The position numbers were made by a program, and so were the translations under genes. Of a DNA stretch of 64,000 bases, positions 12,901 to 27,200 are shown one piece after another; the first letter of the stretch is position 1, and every line of letters starts with the position of its first letter. The DNA lies in NCBI RefSeq assembly GCF_964355755.1, contig NC_092671.1:14570001-14634000 (forward strand). Direction: 5' to 3'. This DNA is from Antedon mediterranea. Its lineage: Eukaryota; Animalia; Echinodermata. The notes beneath the pieces were generated by a model. The model was not told where the DNA came from. It ran no database searches and saw only the letters and a program-made list of their open reading frames with translations.

Positions 12901-15900
12901 ATTAACGGCGCTTTATATCCTTCTAATATTTCGTTTAACCTCTCTTTAGCATCCATTGCAGTTTGTATTTTTTGGACTGATTCCATCATTTCAAGTTATT
13001 TAGAACCAACATATTACATGGTCAAATGAGAGCATAAAACAAACATTTTTTAATGAATAAGTGACAAAAATCAAATAATTTTTTCAAATTGGTATATTTT
13101 AGGATAATCATAACAGTCTTACTGTGTTAAGATCATTATTTATGTGGCTTCTTAACTGTGTAATGTCATTAACATCAATAAAAAACATTTATCCTGGTTT
13201 ATACATTATCTTATCTTGAAATAGCTATCATTGGATATTAATAAGTAAAATAATCAATATATAAAAATAGTTTAAAAAAATATACAAACCTGCTTTATCA
13301 TTACTGGTCTCATCTGATTTCTTTTCTCCATCCTCCTCATCTGTGAAAACATTTAAACAGAATATTTTAATATAGAATAGCAAATTATAACAGTTAGTTA
13401 GTGAAACATGATTTACATAATACAGACTGTGCTACATTAAACAGTTTAGTAGTGAAAGGTGTTAGTTTCTGGATGTTACGACATTTTTTTTTTTATGTAT
13501 TCATGAAATAAAGGAAAATGATATTTTTTTTATTAAATACTGAAGTTACTGAAATATTCCAATACATGGAACACATTTTAGAAGAATTTTATTTTTGCAA
13601 GCAACGTCACAGTAGTTAAAAAAAGTGCAAAAAGCTTTGTAGCATTGCAATGATAAAGGTAAGTAGTAAGAAGTAAATTAGAAGCATATAGAATTGACTT
13701 AATATCTGGTTAATTGTACATAAATTAAATATTTGTAACAGAAATCAAGACGAAAAAACATGAATTTCCCTTAATATGGTCAAATACAAAATTTAGCAAA
13801 ATTCTGCCATAAAAACCAGGAAGACTTTTTTTCAGTAGTTAGGTAGTTTAACCTAATGTAATAACATGTCTGGTGACTCCCTAGAAGGTGAAAAATATGG
13901 TGGATATACGGTGGATAATTTTTGCTATAGCATGAAAATGAAAATCTGAAGTTGAATAAAAATACTAAAAATGTAAAATTCAAGTTATAGTACCTATATT
14001 TTAGTCATCTGATAATATTTTTTACCACACCGTTTATTTTTCATAGCTTTTTAAAATGCCTCTCTATTTACAAAAGTTGTGTACAAAAGAATAGAGATTT
14101 TACTGTGTAATTTGAGCTATCCCCCCACCGATAAGAAAGTGCTTATTTTCAACAAGCTTGTGCAACACAAATAAAATCACAACAATTATGAAACATAGGG
14201 GAAACTATAGATCAATAATTATTGGAATGTATGATCAATAGAAATGTTGTGCCCGCACCTGGCCTTTAATAGCATAACATAAATAGAGTTGAACTGTATG
14301 AAAAATATAAGGTGCAAGAATAGTATATAAATTATTTTGACATTCTTAAATGGTAAGAATCAATGTTATACTGAAAATCCTATTTATATCATAACAAGTA
14401 TACATTCACCTATTACAAGATTGTATTATAATTGTAGATGGATGATTGGTTATTTATTTAAGCTCTGTCTACACTATCAAATGCTATGTGACAACAAAAT
14501 GTGATGTGTGCCCATATATGGACATGATGATGTCATATCATTGGCTGCCATATTTGGAAATATCACACACTACCATAAATTTGGGCACATCACACTTTGT
14601 CAAACTAGTTTGATAGTGTTTATAGAGTTTTAGAGAAGACAAAAAACAACCAAAGTGATATATTTTCCCTGACATGTCACATTTAAATGAAAGTGATGTT
14701 ATTAAATGAAGTGAAAAGTCCTGGATGACTACCTGCTGATTCTCCTTTGACATCCTTCAATCCATCAGCTGCCTTTGGCACTGCATAGTGTAATAGTTAA
14801 TAAACAAAATATAATTTGTATGAGATATCTATTTTTATATATAAAATTAATAAAAATATAAAGTATGAATTCCTGATGTTGTTTATTTTTATATGTCATT
14901 GTATGTTATTGATATTATGCTACTGGTCTAAAAGATATTCAAACGAATCTGTAGATCCGAACCATACCTCCAAGCTTTTGAAGAATTTAGTATATTACTT
15001 TATGTTAATACTTATACCTATTTTTCTATTTAATGTTTTATTTAATATTCAATCTCAGACGACTAGATAATGTTTTTAAATCAAACATACCTATGACTTT
15101 TCCTGTTTCCGTTACTTGGACCTCTGGAAACAATTCTTTTATTTTTTTCACTGCTTGTCCCTTTGACGAACTTCCATGGATGGCATTGTGAAGGATATCT
15201 TTACCAAGCAGCGCCCTCAATGACTCAGGTGCTTGATCCTTGGCTACCTCTGGATCAGTCGGCCCCATGAGTGTCCGCCAATTGTCTATAGCATCTTCTC
15301 TTGATAATACCATCACCATTGACGGACCACTACAAAAATAGTGAAACATTTTTTATTGTAAAACATTAAAAGTGAAGCTTTGATAGAAATAATAGACAGA
15401 TAACATGACACACATGTCTAGCTAGCATGAAAGAGGTCTTCATCTAACATCTAGTAAGCCACAGCAACATATGTATAATAAGCCCAAACCTGGTCATGTG
15501 AGATATTAGTTGGTCATAGAATTCTTTTCCCTCATGTTCTTTGTACAGCTGTGTTGCAATATCTTGATCCATGTGAATGTCTTTCTGGCAGGCAATGTTA
15601 AAGCCAGCTTCTGTTATCCTTTCAATAATTGCATCTAATGAAACAAGAATAATGTTTAAAATGTTACTATAATTTGCAACTCCCTTCACAACTACTAACC
15701 CTTTTGTCCTTAAAATTACTACATAAAAAATCATTCAACACCATTATGATTCCTATCTATTCTTTTACCAAAATTGTAAGAAGTCCAACACTATTATTAT
15801 CATCATCACCATTCTCCATTAATCATCCTTATGTCATAAATACTATTATAATATCATCATCATTGTAAAATATTATCACAATAAACAATAAAGGTCACCT

Positions 15901-18900
15901 TTATGTTCGGTAGTTGCATCAGGTTTGATGACAGCAAGAGTGTGTTCCTTAGGGAAGAACATGTCAAGTTCCTTCTCAGCTGTTTCTATAGAATCACTTC
16001 CATGGAGGGAATTTATTCTGGAATCTGTGATACTAAATTGAGCTCTTAAACTGGAAATTACAAAAGAAAAGAAAAATCAATCAATTAAATCTGCTGAAAA
16101 CAATGAAATAACATACTAAGTTTGAAAGGCATTTTGAAGGGCAGTAGGTGCATAATTTGTATGCAAGTCCCTTATTTCTAAAACTACCGTATATCCTCAG
16201 GAATATATTCCACCTACTGTATGTCTGGTTTCACAAACAGGCATATTCCTGGGTATAGTCCCAGTATTGACTTTTTGATGTACAAGGCATCTCTCCAGTT
16301 TAGATGAGTTTTTAAAAGAAATACTAATAATAATTTTTCCTGAACCAAGGTTTCCCCGTTTATAGTCACACCACCCAAAGTTGGCCCAATTTCGTGTTCT
16401 ATAGTGGGGTGGGATTATACCAGAGGATATATGGTATTACTATTAGGATGTTCTTGATGAATTACATAAAAAACTAATGATGATATTAATTATGGATATA
16501 CCTGTCTGGAGCTTTTTCTTTTGCCACATCGACCTCTTTCGGTCCAATTAAATTTCTCCAGCCCTGAATTGCTTCTTCTTTTGCTAAACCTAATGCTAAA
16601 ACTGGCCCACTAAAAGAAACAAATTAAAGCACTCGTTATAAGAACCATTTTGTGTTAGCTTTCTTGAAAATAAAAACTGTTATCGTTTCAATGACAATTA
16701 TAAATGTTCTAATTAATAATAAGTGAAATTGAGTATAATTGCTGTGTACTGTATCTACCAGGAAACTACATACTTTGTCATATGTTGTATTAACTCATCA
16801 AAATGATCAAGTCCCTCTTGTTCTTTATAGAATTCTTTAGCCTGCTCTTCTGTTAGTTGGATTTCCTTTTGAAGACACACCTCAAACCCAGCCTCTTGTA
16901 TCTTTTCAATTATAGAATCTATAGAATATAAATCATATTAAATATCTCTTCAATACTTAAAAGTAATAGATGCTTCAATTAATAATTTACCAAAAGATTG
17001 TTTTGCTTCCAATCCCAAAACATACAGTAAACAGCTTCAGGTAGTTATGCTAATTCACTACGTCGTTCAGACAATAAACTTTACACTTATAATACCTAGA
17101 AGTATCACCCTAAAATGCGGCTTAATAGGCATACCTTTATGTTGTTTCAATGCATCTGGTCTGATAAGAGCAAGTGTTTTCTGTACTGCCGGTGGTGGTC
17201 CTGTACCAGGTACGTTGGGTACATTAAATGACGGGAAAAAGAATGACAATTCTCTAGATAAACAAAACAAGGACATTTTATTTTAATAAGCAACATTTAA
17301 ACCCCACCAGAAAGAAGTACCAAGAAAAACGTCCACCATATAGTAATGCTAATGGAACAATGATAATAAACGTGTCCAAAATGATTACCTGGCCGCTCTT
17401 TCTCCAGAGTCGGCACCATGAAGAGCATTCATTGTCTTGTCTGTACCAAATATTGCTCTCAAACTAATGGAAAAAAAAAACAAATCATTAATTCTATCAC
17501 TCATATACAGTGTTTTTTTTAAATCTATGTTTTGTTTGTTTGATATTAAATTCAGTATCTAATTGATGACCTGTCAGGAGCTTCTGTCTTTGCAACTTCC
17601 ACATCTTTGGGACCAATCACCTCTCTAACTTCTTCAACCACTCCTTCCCCAGTGTCTCCCTTCGTAAGCACCATGATGCAGCTAGGCCCACTTGCCATAA
17701 ATGCCACAAGGTCTTCAAAGTGATCTTCACCTGCTTGGTCTTTGTAAAATTCTCTTGCTTCTTCCTCTGTCAGTGTCCTTTCTTCCTGGACTAATATTTC
17801 CATGCCTTGTGCAATTATCTGCAAATATTCAATAAAAAGTTCAATCAATTGTAGGCAAGTGTTCTATTGGAAACCGTAAATAGGCTGTTCATTGAAAAAA
17901 CCTACAAAAAACTACAGAAGACGATGACATTTTTCTTAAATTTACTAATTCTAATTACCTTTTCAATAATCTCTGGAGTTTTTTCAGCTTTTACTGCATC
18001 TGGTTTAATAAGCACAACTGTGACTTGTTTTGGGACAGGCCCTAAATTAACAAATTAATCAAAAAGAGCTGTTACAAATGGGTTTCAAATACTATAGTAA
18101 AAATGAAAGAAACTCTGACAAAAACTATATAATAATACAGTAATGGTTAAAATTATTCTAAAAACTACTGACAATACTACAAAAAAGTAAACAAATGTTA
18201 CTTAAAATGAAATATGTTATGTAAACTTGTTTAAAAAATTATTAAAAACCCATCTTACACACTATAAGCAAGCATTCAAACGCGCCTTGAGCACCTTTGG
18301 TGGCGAAGTGCGCTCTATAAATCATTATTATTATTAAACTTAAATAATAACCTCATTGTGATCTGATCAACTTACATCTAATAAAGACAAAGACAATCAA
18401 GCAATACTTAAATTTTTTAAAATAAAACACAGAGTAAACACAATCTATTTTAACACTATAAAAAACATGGAACACAACTATAATAATAATGAATCATTTA
18501 AAACAAGAGAACAACAACATGTGGTGAAGTGTTAGTAAAACAACTATCTGCTAACATAAAGTTGAAAATGATAAATTCACATTTAGTCAGAACCCCTTTC
18601 TTCTACCTGAACTTTCTCCATCAAAAAACCTTCTGACTTTGCCTTCACTAACAGGCCTCAAACTGATGTCCTCACCACCTATCTCGTCTAAACCATAATA
18701 ATACATTTCATTTCTTATAAATGATGCACTACATACAGTTTTTAAATAATGTCAGGTAAAAAATGACAACCTTAGGGCCAGAAATGTGTATAATACATAA
18801 TGAACACTTTCATTCCGTTTATTTATTTGACAAGCATAACATCATGAGCTTTCAATAATTGTTTTCCTAAAACAAATGGTATGAAGTTTAAGCTTAGGCA

Positions 18901-19981
18901 GATTTAAAAAAAATAATATCTATCTTTTATAATGAGCTGGTATATCATACTTAAAACTATAATCTTAAATCTAGAATAATATTCATAAAATGTTTAAACA
19001 TTAAATAAAATCTGGTCCCCTTGTCACATTGGGTCACTACAGGGCTAAACTCTTTGCTGAGAAATAACTGACTGTACATACTCATTGATTCTTCCTCCAG
19101 GCGTTTCTGTTCGTCAGATGCTGCTTTTTCTGCTGCTTTCTCCTGTTTCTCCATTGAAGCCAGGATAGGATCTTTAATCTAACACAAAAAAAAAAATCTT
19201 ATTTCTTTTTATATATTCTACCAAATTCAACAACAACAGGAAGAGTATAAACCTTTATATCTTCTATGGAAAAAATTACTCAACAATTGTTTACCACTTT
19301 TCTTTCAGCGCCTTCTTCCAGGACTTTGTGCTCAGTTGATAGCTGGTGTATGATACTATGCTGAAGACCAGGAGCTGCTGCACCACGTACAACATCTATG
19401 AGTTCACCGCCACCATAAAACAGGAAACAAGGTTCACATCGTCCTCTGTATCTTTCTAGAGATTCAATACCATCAGCTTCAGCCTAAAAAAAGGAACAGA
19501 TTATCTATTTCAGACAAAAGTGTATATTGTTTCTTTGGTAGAAAACAAATTACATTTATAGATGAAAAGACAGTGAAATAATCAAATGCTGTGCAAAAAC
19601 AATATGAAATATATACTGTATTAACGTAACTAATAATTTTTTTTAAAACTTACTGTAGCATAGTGTAATAAATCATCTCCGATTTCATTTTTTAATCGAC
19701 GAAAAAGTCCTTGTACTGCTTTGCATGGTCCACACCACTTTTGGTAAATATCAACGACTAATAAAAAGGTTTGAAAATTTAAATTTAGTACAAGAAACAT
19801 CAATTTATTTTTAAAATAAATCAAATAATATCAAAATGTTGTTCTAGTCTAAATTTGGCTAAGAGGATCAAGCCAATCACATTTACAAACCTGTTAAACC
19901 ATCAGTGGCTAGCATTTCATCCCAATGCTCTTGATTAACCAGAGACTTTTGAAGAGCTACAGCTTCTTTTTTTGGAGGCAT
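9946..19981 (-). CDS. NME8: Thioredoxin + 3x NDK-domain protein with acidic tail (NME8/NME9/TXNDC3; outer-arm dynein IC1 type)
   Basis: Starts MPPKKEAVALQ; VVDIYQKWCGPCK; three NDK modules (LIKPDAV...NALHGADS, LIRPDAL...INSLHGSDS, VIKPDAT...NAIHGSSS); several E/A/T-rich phase-1 exons; stop TAA 9948-9946. Confidence 0.92.
14461..14630. mobile_element. MITE family A copy
   Basis: AGCTCTGTCTACACTATCAAA ... TTTGATAGTGTTTATAGAGTT inverted termini. Confidence 0.8.
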
Positions 19982-20389
19982 AGTGCATCTGAAATTTAAT
20001 ACACAAAATTGTTCAGCGAGTCATGCTCTCAGAAACTTTGCTACTGTATTAAAAAATGTAATTAATTTCATTGATTGGTAGAAGCCTAGCCTAAACTAAA
20101 TGCTAAAAATTGAAACGAATGCTAGGCCTAGGCCTTACTTAATAGTACTAGGCCTAGGCTAATTGATTATTTAAAGTGCATGGGCACTGTCTGCCCTACC
20201 ACCAAAGTACTGGACTGCCGTTTGGTCCCAAACCAGGAAGGTCCCCGAGTTAGGAATGAATGTGGATTGTGGGCCTAGCTTAGTAGAGTTTTAGTAGCGG
20301 CCTAGGATAGCTAAACTTAATTAATTGGATGTAGATTTTAGCGCATTTAATAAATGTATATATATTAATTCTGTACATCAACAAAAAAC

Positions 20390-20607
20390 AATACCTAACT
20401 GGATTTTTTAAAGTAAATTATTAACACAAAAACCACACACAACACAGACCGTTCGATTCTTCGTTGATAAGATTTGTGTGTTGTTGCTTGGCAAGATCAC
20501 GTGACTTTATTTAGTACTTCAAAAGAGGGCGAACTGTCACAATTTTGCTTTTATTTTATATTTACACTTTGCTTGTTTTTTGGGGTTCAGTCAAGAAAAT
20601 TCGGATA
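20390..20607. promoter_or_regulatory. Bidirectional promoter NME8/MAIP1 with X-box-like and E-box motifs
   Basis: GTTGCTTGGCAAG (20483-20495), TCACGTGAC (~20497), AGAGGGCG (~20524); putative non-coding NME8 first exon with donor near 20394. Confidence 0.6.
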
Positions 20608-22824
20608 ATGAGACTTTTAAAGTTTAGAGGACGAATTTTACCAAGCAGCATACACTATTTAGATTATGAGCTTTCGAAAATTGTAAATTTAGGAACTTTC
20701 CGATGTAGGCCTAGCGTAAACTTAACTTTAAATCGCAAGCCTCATTATTACAACTATCGACAGGGAAGCACTTGTGTAGCAAGCGGAGTTGACCAAGTTG
20801 TTTCCCGTGAACTGGACGGTGCCGGTGATAAAAATGCATATGTCGCTGGGGCTAGCAATTATGGACTGAAATATACACTATATAGACACTTCAGTCATTA
20901 TAATACCTGGCCACGGCATTCTTTACTGCAGTCGTCTAATAACTTATTAATAACCACATTTTCTCAAAGAAACTATTCATCAAATTCAAATGAAAATGGA
21001 CGAATGAGAGTAAAACCAGTGTTTGTAGCAGTTCCAAATCCTATCAGGGCAATAAGGAACTTTGTGTACTCATGGCTGATACGAGGATATTTTGATAAAG
21101 AATTTTCCATGGCAGAATTCACAGAAGGCGCTAAGCAGGTACTGAGCAATTCATATTTAAGTTACCAACAAAACACCAATTATTTATTAATAAATGTTGA
21201 TAATAATATAATTGATAAAATTATCTGAATATGTCATGCATTTATAAACTTTATTAAACTTTCTAAAATAGAGTATACATACCAACCAGACCAGGTTAAA
21301 TCTATTCTGATGTTTCTTTCATACAAGCCTTTTTAAAAATATATTTACATATATATTATTTTTCAGGCTATGAGTGTTGTTTCCCAAAAAATAGCCGAAG
21401 GCAATTTTGAAGGTCTTGTTGGGTTGGTGTCTCCAAAGGTATAGAGCTTTGTACTAAATTAGTATATATTGGATGTAACTGCTTAAAACACCAGAGTAAC
21501 ATTGTACTATATCTGTGTACCAAGTCATCCCTACCAATGAATTGTCACAATTTAAATATATGGCACCAAGATTCTTTACAAATAACTGAGCTGTAGTGAG
21601 TGATTATCTATTGGAACTGCAGTTTGCCAGCCGAAGTCAATTCTAAGACCATCAATACCTTCAAAAATCGGACTAAATGTAGTTGATATGGTGTTAAAAA
21701 GGCACATACCGCTTTAAACTCATTATATCTAAAATGACTGTAATTCATTTCTGTTGCATTCATTTCAGACAATAGCTGAAGTAGAAGACACATATAAAAC
21801 CCTTGGTGTGAAGGATAGAGGAAGTCTAGGAATTGAATTAGAAGATATTCTGCATGTTGTGCCTTATAATGTTGCAGTGCATTATGATAAAGCTGGTAAA
21901 AAAGGGCGTTTTGCTTTCTTAACCTGACATTATTTAGTGTTGGATGGAAATCTTTTTTGATTTCCGACTCTTTGTGGAAAATAGGAGAGTGAAGTTGGTC
22001 AGCACTTATTTCACTATACATACTACAGTCTACAACTCAGTAGTCTCATCTAACTACAAACATATGGGAATTAATAACATTATTAAGCCAGGCTTAGTCA
22101 CTTCTTAGAGTGCTACTATTTACTTATTTTATAATGTTATTAATGTTTAATTTCTTTTATAGGTGGTAAATTCTTGAATATTTTGATGCGATATTGGTGC
22201 TTAAGTTTCAATGCTGATAGTCAAAATGACCCTGGTATAGTTGGATTCAAAGTTGGACAACCACCTCCTGGTATGTCAGACGAGCAATTCAAGAACATGG
22301 GCAAAGTTTATACCTGTACCTTTGAGTAAGTTTATAGTTCAAAAGAGAATGTCTTACAGTATGTTTGTATTCCTGAGTTTTGTAAACTGAACCGCACAAA
22401 TAAATCTTGCACATGAATTCACTTCAAAGTAGTTGCATATCAGTAGTAAATAACTGGTGTTGAATGATTGCTGATTTTTTTTTAAGTTTCATAATTCATC
22501 CATATATAAATCCATGTGCTATGATGCGCTTGATCTGTAAAGTAAATAGTTAGTGTTAGAAGAAAGTATTCATTTAGAGCAAGATTTAATAATTTCTCTT
22601 GTCCTCTGTTTTGTTAAAATATTGATGTATCGTTAATTATGATTTTGACTAAAGCTTCTTCCAAACCTTTATAAAAAACATGCAACATTGTTTATTACTA
22701 ATTTAGATTCCATCGTGATGTATCATCTGAAGAAGACACAAATTGGACAATTACTCAAGTAACTCTTGGCAAGTTGTTAAGTACATCATCTGATGGTTTC
22801 CATGGCGAGGAACTGGAGGATTAA
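20608..22824 (+). CDS. MAIP1: m-AAA protease-interacting protein 1 (C2orf47-like), mitochondrial
   Basis: R/L/S-rich N-terminus, then VPNPIRAIRNFVYSWLIRGYFDKEFSMAEFTEGAKQAMSVVS; last exons give TCTFEFHRD...WTIT; stop 22822-22824. Confidence 0.88.
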
Positions 22825-23410
22825 TGATCAGCTATTATTGAGAAACTTAAAGACAGACTTTTATAAAACTAAAAGAACATTGTGAGGATTACAGTAATAA
22901 ACTTTTAAAAGCTTTTAACTGTTACAGCAGCTGATTTTACCAATATAATACTAGTATTTTGTGAAGCAGCATTTTTACAATAAACTGTATTGAGAATAAG
23001 GAATATGAACTACCTTAAACTCTATGTTCAAACAGTACACATATGTTTTCTTATCATTGTTTCACAATTTAGTCAATTTGCTTTTTGAATTATGAATTTT
23101 TACAAATTTAAGTCAATTTGAGTTTATATTGTAAATGTTACACTTTGAACATTTTCTCTCAAAAAAATAACTGTTTGGTTTGTTATCTGTAATATGGAAC
23201 AGTATTATTTAAAATCACTAGAATAGTAATAATATATTAATTTATGTATTGTTTGCTAACAATTAAAATGATTTTGGCCAAGCAGATGAAATGAAAGTTT
23301 ACAGTGATTTCTGATTGGTAGATAATAATAAATAAAGTTAATCTATATTAGTTTGATTTCAAACAATTATTTTAAAGTATACTAATGATCAATAATGATG
23401 AGAATAATAA

Positions 23411-23520
23411 AATGATGTTGATTCTGATGATGTTGATTCTGATGATGTTGATTCTGATGATGTTGATTCTGATGATGTTTTGATGATGATGTTTTGATGA
23501 TGATGTTTTGATGATGATGC
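23411..23520. repeat. GAT-based compound microsatellite ((GATGTTGATTCTGAT)n then (GATGATGATGTTTT)n)
   Basis: Directly visible in the sequence. Confidence 0.85.
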
Positions 23521-24282
23521 TTTAAAGAAAGAAGATAAGACTTCTAGTGTGGTTGCTTAGAAACGAAGAAACCTGCACTGCCTGGGAACAAACTACCACG
23601 AAGGTGTCTAAAAGTACTTGATTTTGATGCGTCTTAAAGACCATTTTGATCCTTTGTAAAGGTTAGATTTGGCAAAATTTACCATGATGCAGACCAATGT
23701 TGATCTCTTAGTCATTGTTTCTGATTCAGTAATCAGATACCATATGTGTGCTCTACCACCAGGTATCTTGAACAAACAATTCAAAGGGCATTCTATTGAG
23801 TACATTTTAATGTGTATATGCACTAAATAATACAGGGATTTACAACGAAAATTGATTATTCCTGTATTACCTCATGCTGATGGAGTACAGAAACTGAAAC
23901 GGTTAGTAAAATTATAACATTTAAGTACTCTTTGTTTTGTCATATTATTCGTTGTATTGAACATAAAGGCCAGTAGGGTACCCTAGAAATACTTCTCATG
24001 AGTACCTATAAAAATGTATACTACAGTATAATAATTTTTGTATGGCTTGATAATATCATTTAAATATATTTTAATTATGAAAATGTACAAGATTAAAAAT
24101 ATTAATAGCTTTAATAATGTTATGACTGCGCATTGATCATTTCAAGATTTTCCTAATAAATTCAATCAAAATCAATTGTTTCTTCTGTTTGATAACCATA
24201 CCGTATTCTGTTTCAGAACCAGTCCCTTGAAGTTCTCTTGAGCGAAAACGAGAGTGGCATCTTTCTAGTACATACAACCATT

Positions 24283-27200
24283 ATGGTGGTACATACCGAT
24301 TACATTCTAAAGGACATCGGAGAATATGGACGATTCCAGCGTTTTCAAACGTTGCTTCTTTGCCTGTTCACTATTTTCTTTTCATTTCAAATGCTTAGTC
24401 TTCGCTACATTGCTGAGGTTCCCGAGACCTTTTGCTACGTTCCTGAAGTTATGAGCGTTCATAGTTACTACGGTTATCTAGATTATCAGGAGAGAATAAC
24501 ACTTGGTAAATTAACGATTCCCTGGGATTTAACGCCATCTTTTCTACAGACACGCACTTCTTTGATCGATTCTTGCCGAAGATATAACATCAATTCAACT
24601 TTTAAAGTTGGAGATAGCTTAGTTGGTGTATCGACGATACCATGTGATAATGGATATGTTTACCATAATATGGAGATTCAATCTGTTTCCACGGAAGTAA
24701 GTAGTTCAAGTACAGCGCGTGAGACGCGACGCGCGAGGAAGTAAGTTCATCTTAAGTAATTTTACCAATCAGACGCGAAGGATCGTTTCAACTTTCGCGT
24801 GTGATTGGTTGTGTCCGTGTGAGAACCAAGCTTATAAATCACGTTCGATTCATAAGCAATTTGTGACGCAAATGAACATATTTAAAAAGTATTTTGATAC
24901 TAATTTTTTTCTAGTGGGATTTGGTCTGTGACAATCGTTGGAAAGCCGAGTTTGCTCAGTCGATGTTTATGTCAGGACTTTTGGTTGGTTCCGTTATAGG
25001 CGGAAACTTAGGAGATCTGTAAGTTTTTGAATTTTCATTCAAAAAAAGAAAGAAATTCATTATATATTTATATATTATAAACTTACGCATTTCATTTTGC
25101 AGAATAGGCAGAAAGCGAGTATATTTTAGCTCTATATTATTATTCGTTTGTTTCGGCTCATTGACCGGCGCTGCTCCTTCGTATCATGCCTTCGTAATTC
25201 TTCGGATTTTCACGGGGATATGCGCCTCATCAGCATCGGTTTCAGGTTATGTTCTTGGTAAGTACCGTACTTTGTTTATGAATTATCAATAATAACTTCC
25301 GTTTCCCTATGATTATCTTAAAAATGTAAAATTTATTTTAGGTTTAGAATTCATTGGTCCAAATCGACGTGCTTTGTACGCCGCTTTTAAAGAAGCCGCA
25401 TACACATTTGGTCATCTGCTACTTGCTGGGATAGGATACACAGTACGTGATTGGAGACTTCTACAGTTTTTTGTCTCGTTTCCCGCAATTTTCATCCTCA
25501 TAGTGTGGCCGTAAGTATCCAATATAGTTTAGTCAACCTTTGCCCTCATCATCAAGCGTGGTTCCCACTAGCGACGCAACGCAACGACGTATTGACCTAA
25601 AGCGTGGTTCCCACTATAGCGACGCAACACAAGGACGTAATGCAACGCAAGTGAATTGACCAATCACAAGCGATGGCTTATTCGCTTGTGATTGCTAACT
25701 GTCTATAATATCGCTTGTCATTGGTTAAAACGCTTGCGTTGCGTTTACGTCCTTTCGTTACGTTCTAGTGGGAACCAAGCTTAAAGTGCTGTATTGCGTA
25801 ATAACATTGAGAACCGACGACACAACAATGCTGCAAACATCGCAGGTTTAATTTCACACAGGCGGGGCCAAACACTATTATTGAAAGGGCATTTACGTTG
25901 CATAGGTTGCGTTGCTAGTGGGAACCAAGCTTTAACCATAATCACACGTTAGTAGTCAACACGTAGGCCTATTGTCTTTTCTGCAGATGGATCCCCGAGT
26001 CACCAAGATGGTTGATGTCAAAAGGTCGATATTCCAGCGCTCAAAAAACGATGAGCCGCGCTGCACAAATGAACAAAAGACCACTGTCTCAAGACTACTT
26101 TAAAAAAACACGCGGGTTTGATGAAGTAAGAGTATACATAATCAATAAATCTCTGTCTATACACAAAAAATATGATGTGCCCATATAGGACATGATGATG
26201 TCACATCACTACCATATTTGGGCATATTACTACCAATGTTTGGGTACATCCGCAGGAAAAAAATACTATAAGCTATTACTATGACTAACGTGATGACGAA
26301 ATGCGACGATGTGACACAAAATGTTTAACGCAGTGTTGCGACATAATTACGAAAAGTGTTATCATGTTAATTAAATTTTATGTATAAAATGAATATGATG
26401 TTTTTGTTTTCATTAAGTTTGGGCCCCAGGAATGTAAACGTACAACAGTGCTAGATTTATTTAAAACTCCAAATATGGCTAAGAAAACTATTATTCAATG
26501 CGTGTGTTGGTGAGTGCCAAATCTTGTATTAATACAATATTAGTACGATATCAGAAAAATATAGGCCTATCCCTTTGTTTCGAATAAGTGTAACAGTAGA
26601 ATGCCATTATGATATTCCTTAAGATATAAAACAAACTTCGAAAAAGTGAGGCAAGCCATGATTCAATATTCCGAACTTTATTTGTTCATATCTTCAGGAA
26701 TTTCATAACGATATAGGCCTATTGTCTTTATTATTAAAGTACAGTGTACATCATATTTTCTATTTTTTTTGTATAGGTACGTAATAAATTGTGTATATTA
26801 CGGGATATCAATTGGCACAGATGATCTATTTGGGGATCGGTACTTAGATCTTTTATTCAACGGCGCCCTATCACTTCCAGCCAACTTTTCCTTCATCTTA
26901 GCTATCGCTCGATTCGGAAGACGACGACCTCTATCTGTATATTTCTGTGTTGGGGGAGTCAGTCTGCTTATCTTGTCGTTCATTCCTAAATGTAAGGAAT
27001 ATTTAATTTGTTTCAAGTTAGCTTTGTTGTAGTACATCAATAGTATCAAATGAAATGTACACAACTTGCCTTAATGATTGGTTCTCACTAGAGACGCAAC
27101 ATAAGGACGTAACGCGACGTAAGTGTTTTGACCAACAACAGGCGATGGATTTTTCGAACTGTCGCTTGTCATTGGTCAGCACGCTGAAGCGTGGTTTCCT

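Noticed and set aside
21608-22021. 137-aa minus-strand ORF inside MAIP1
   Set aside because: Overlaps a MAIP1 exon antisense, with no recognisable motif or supporting splice structure.
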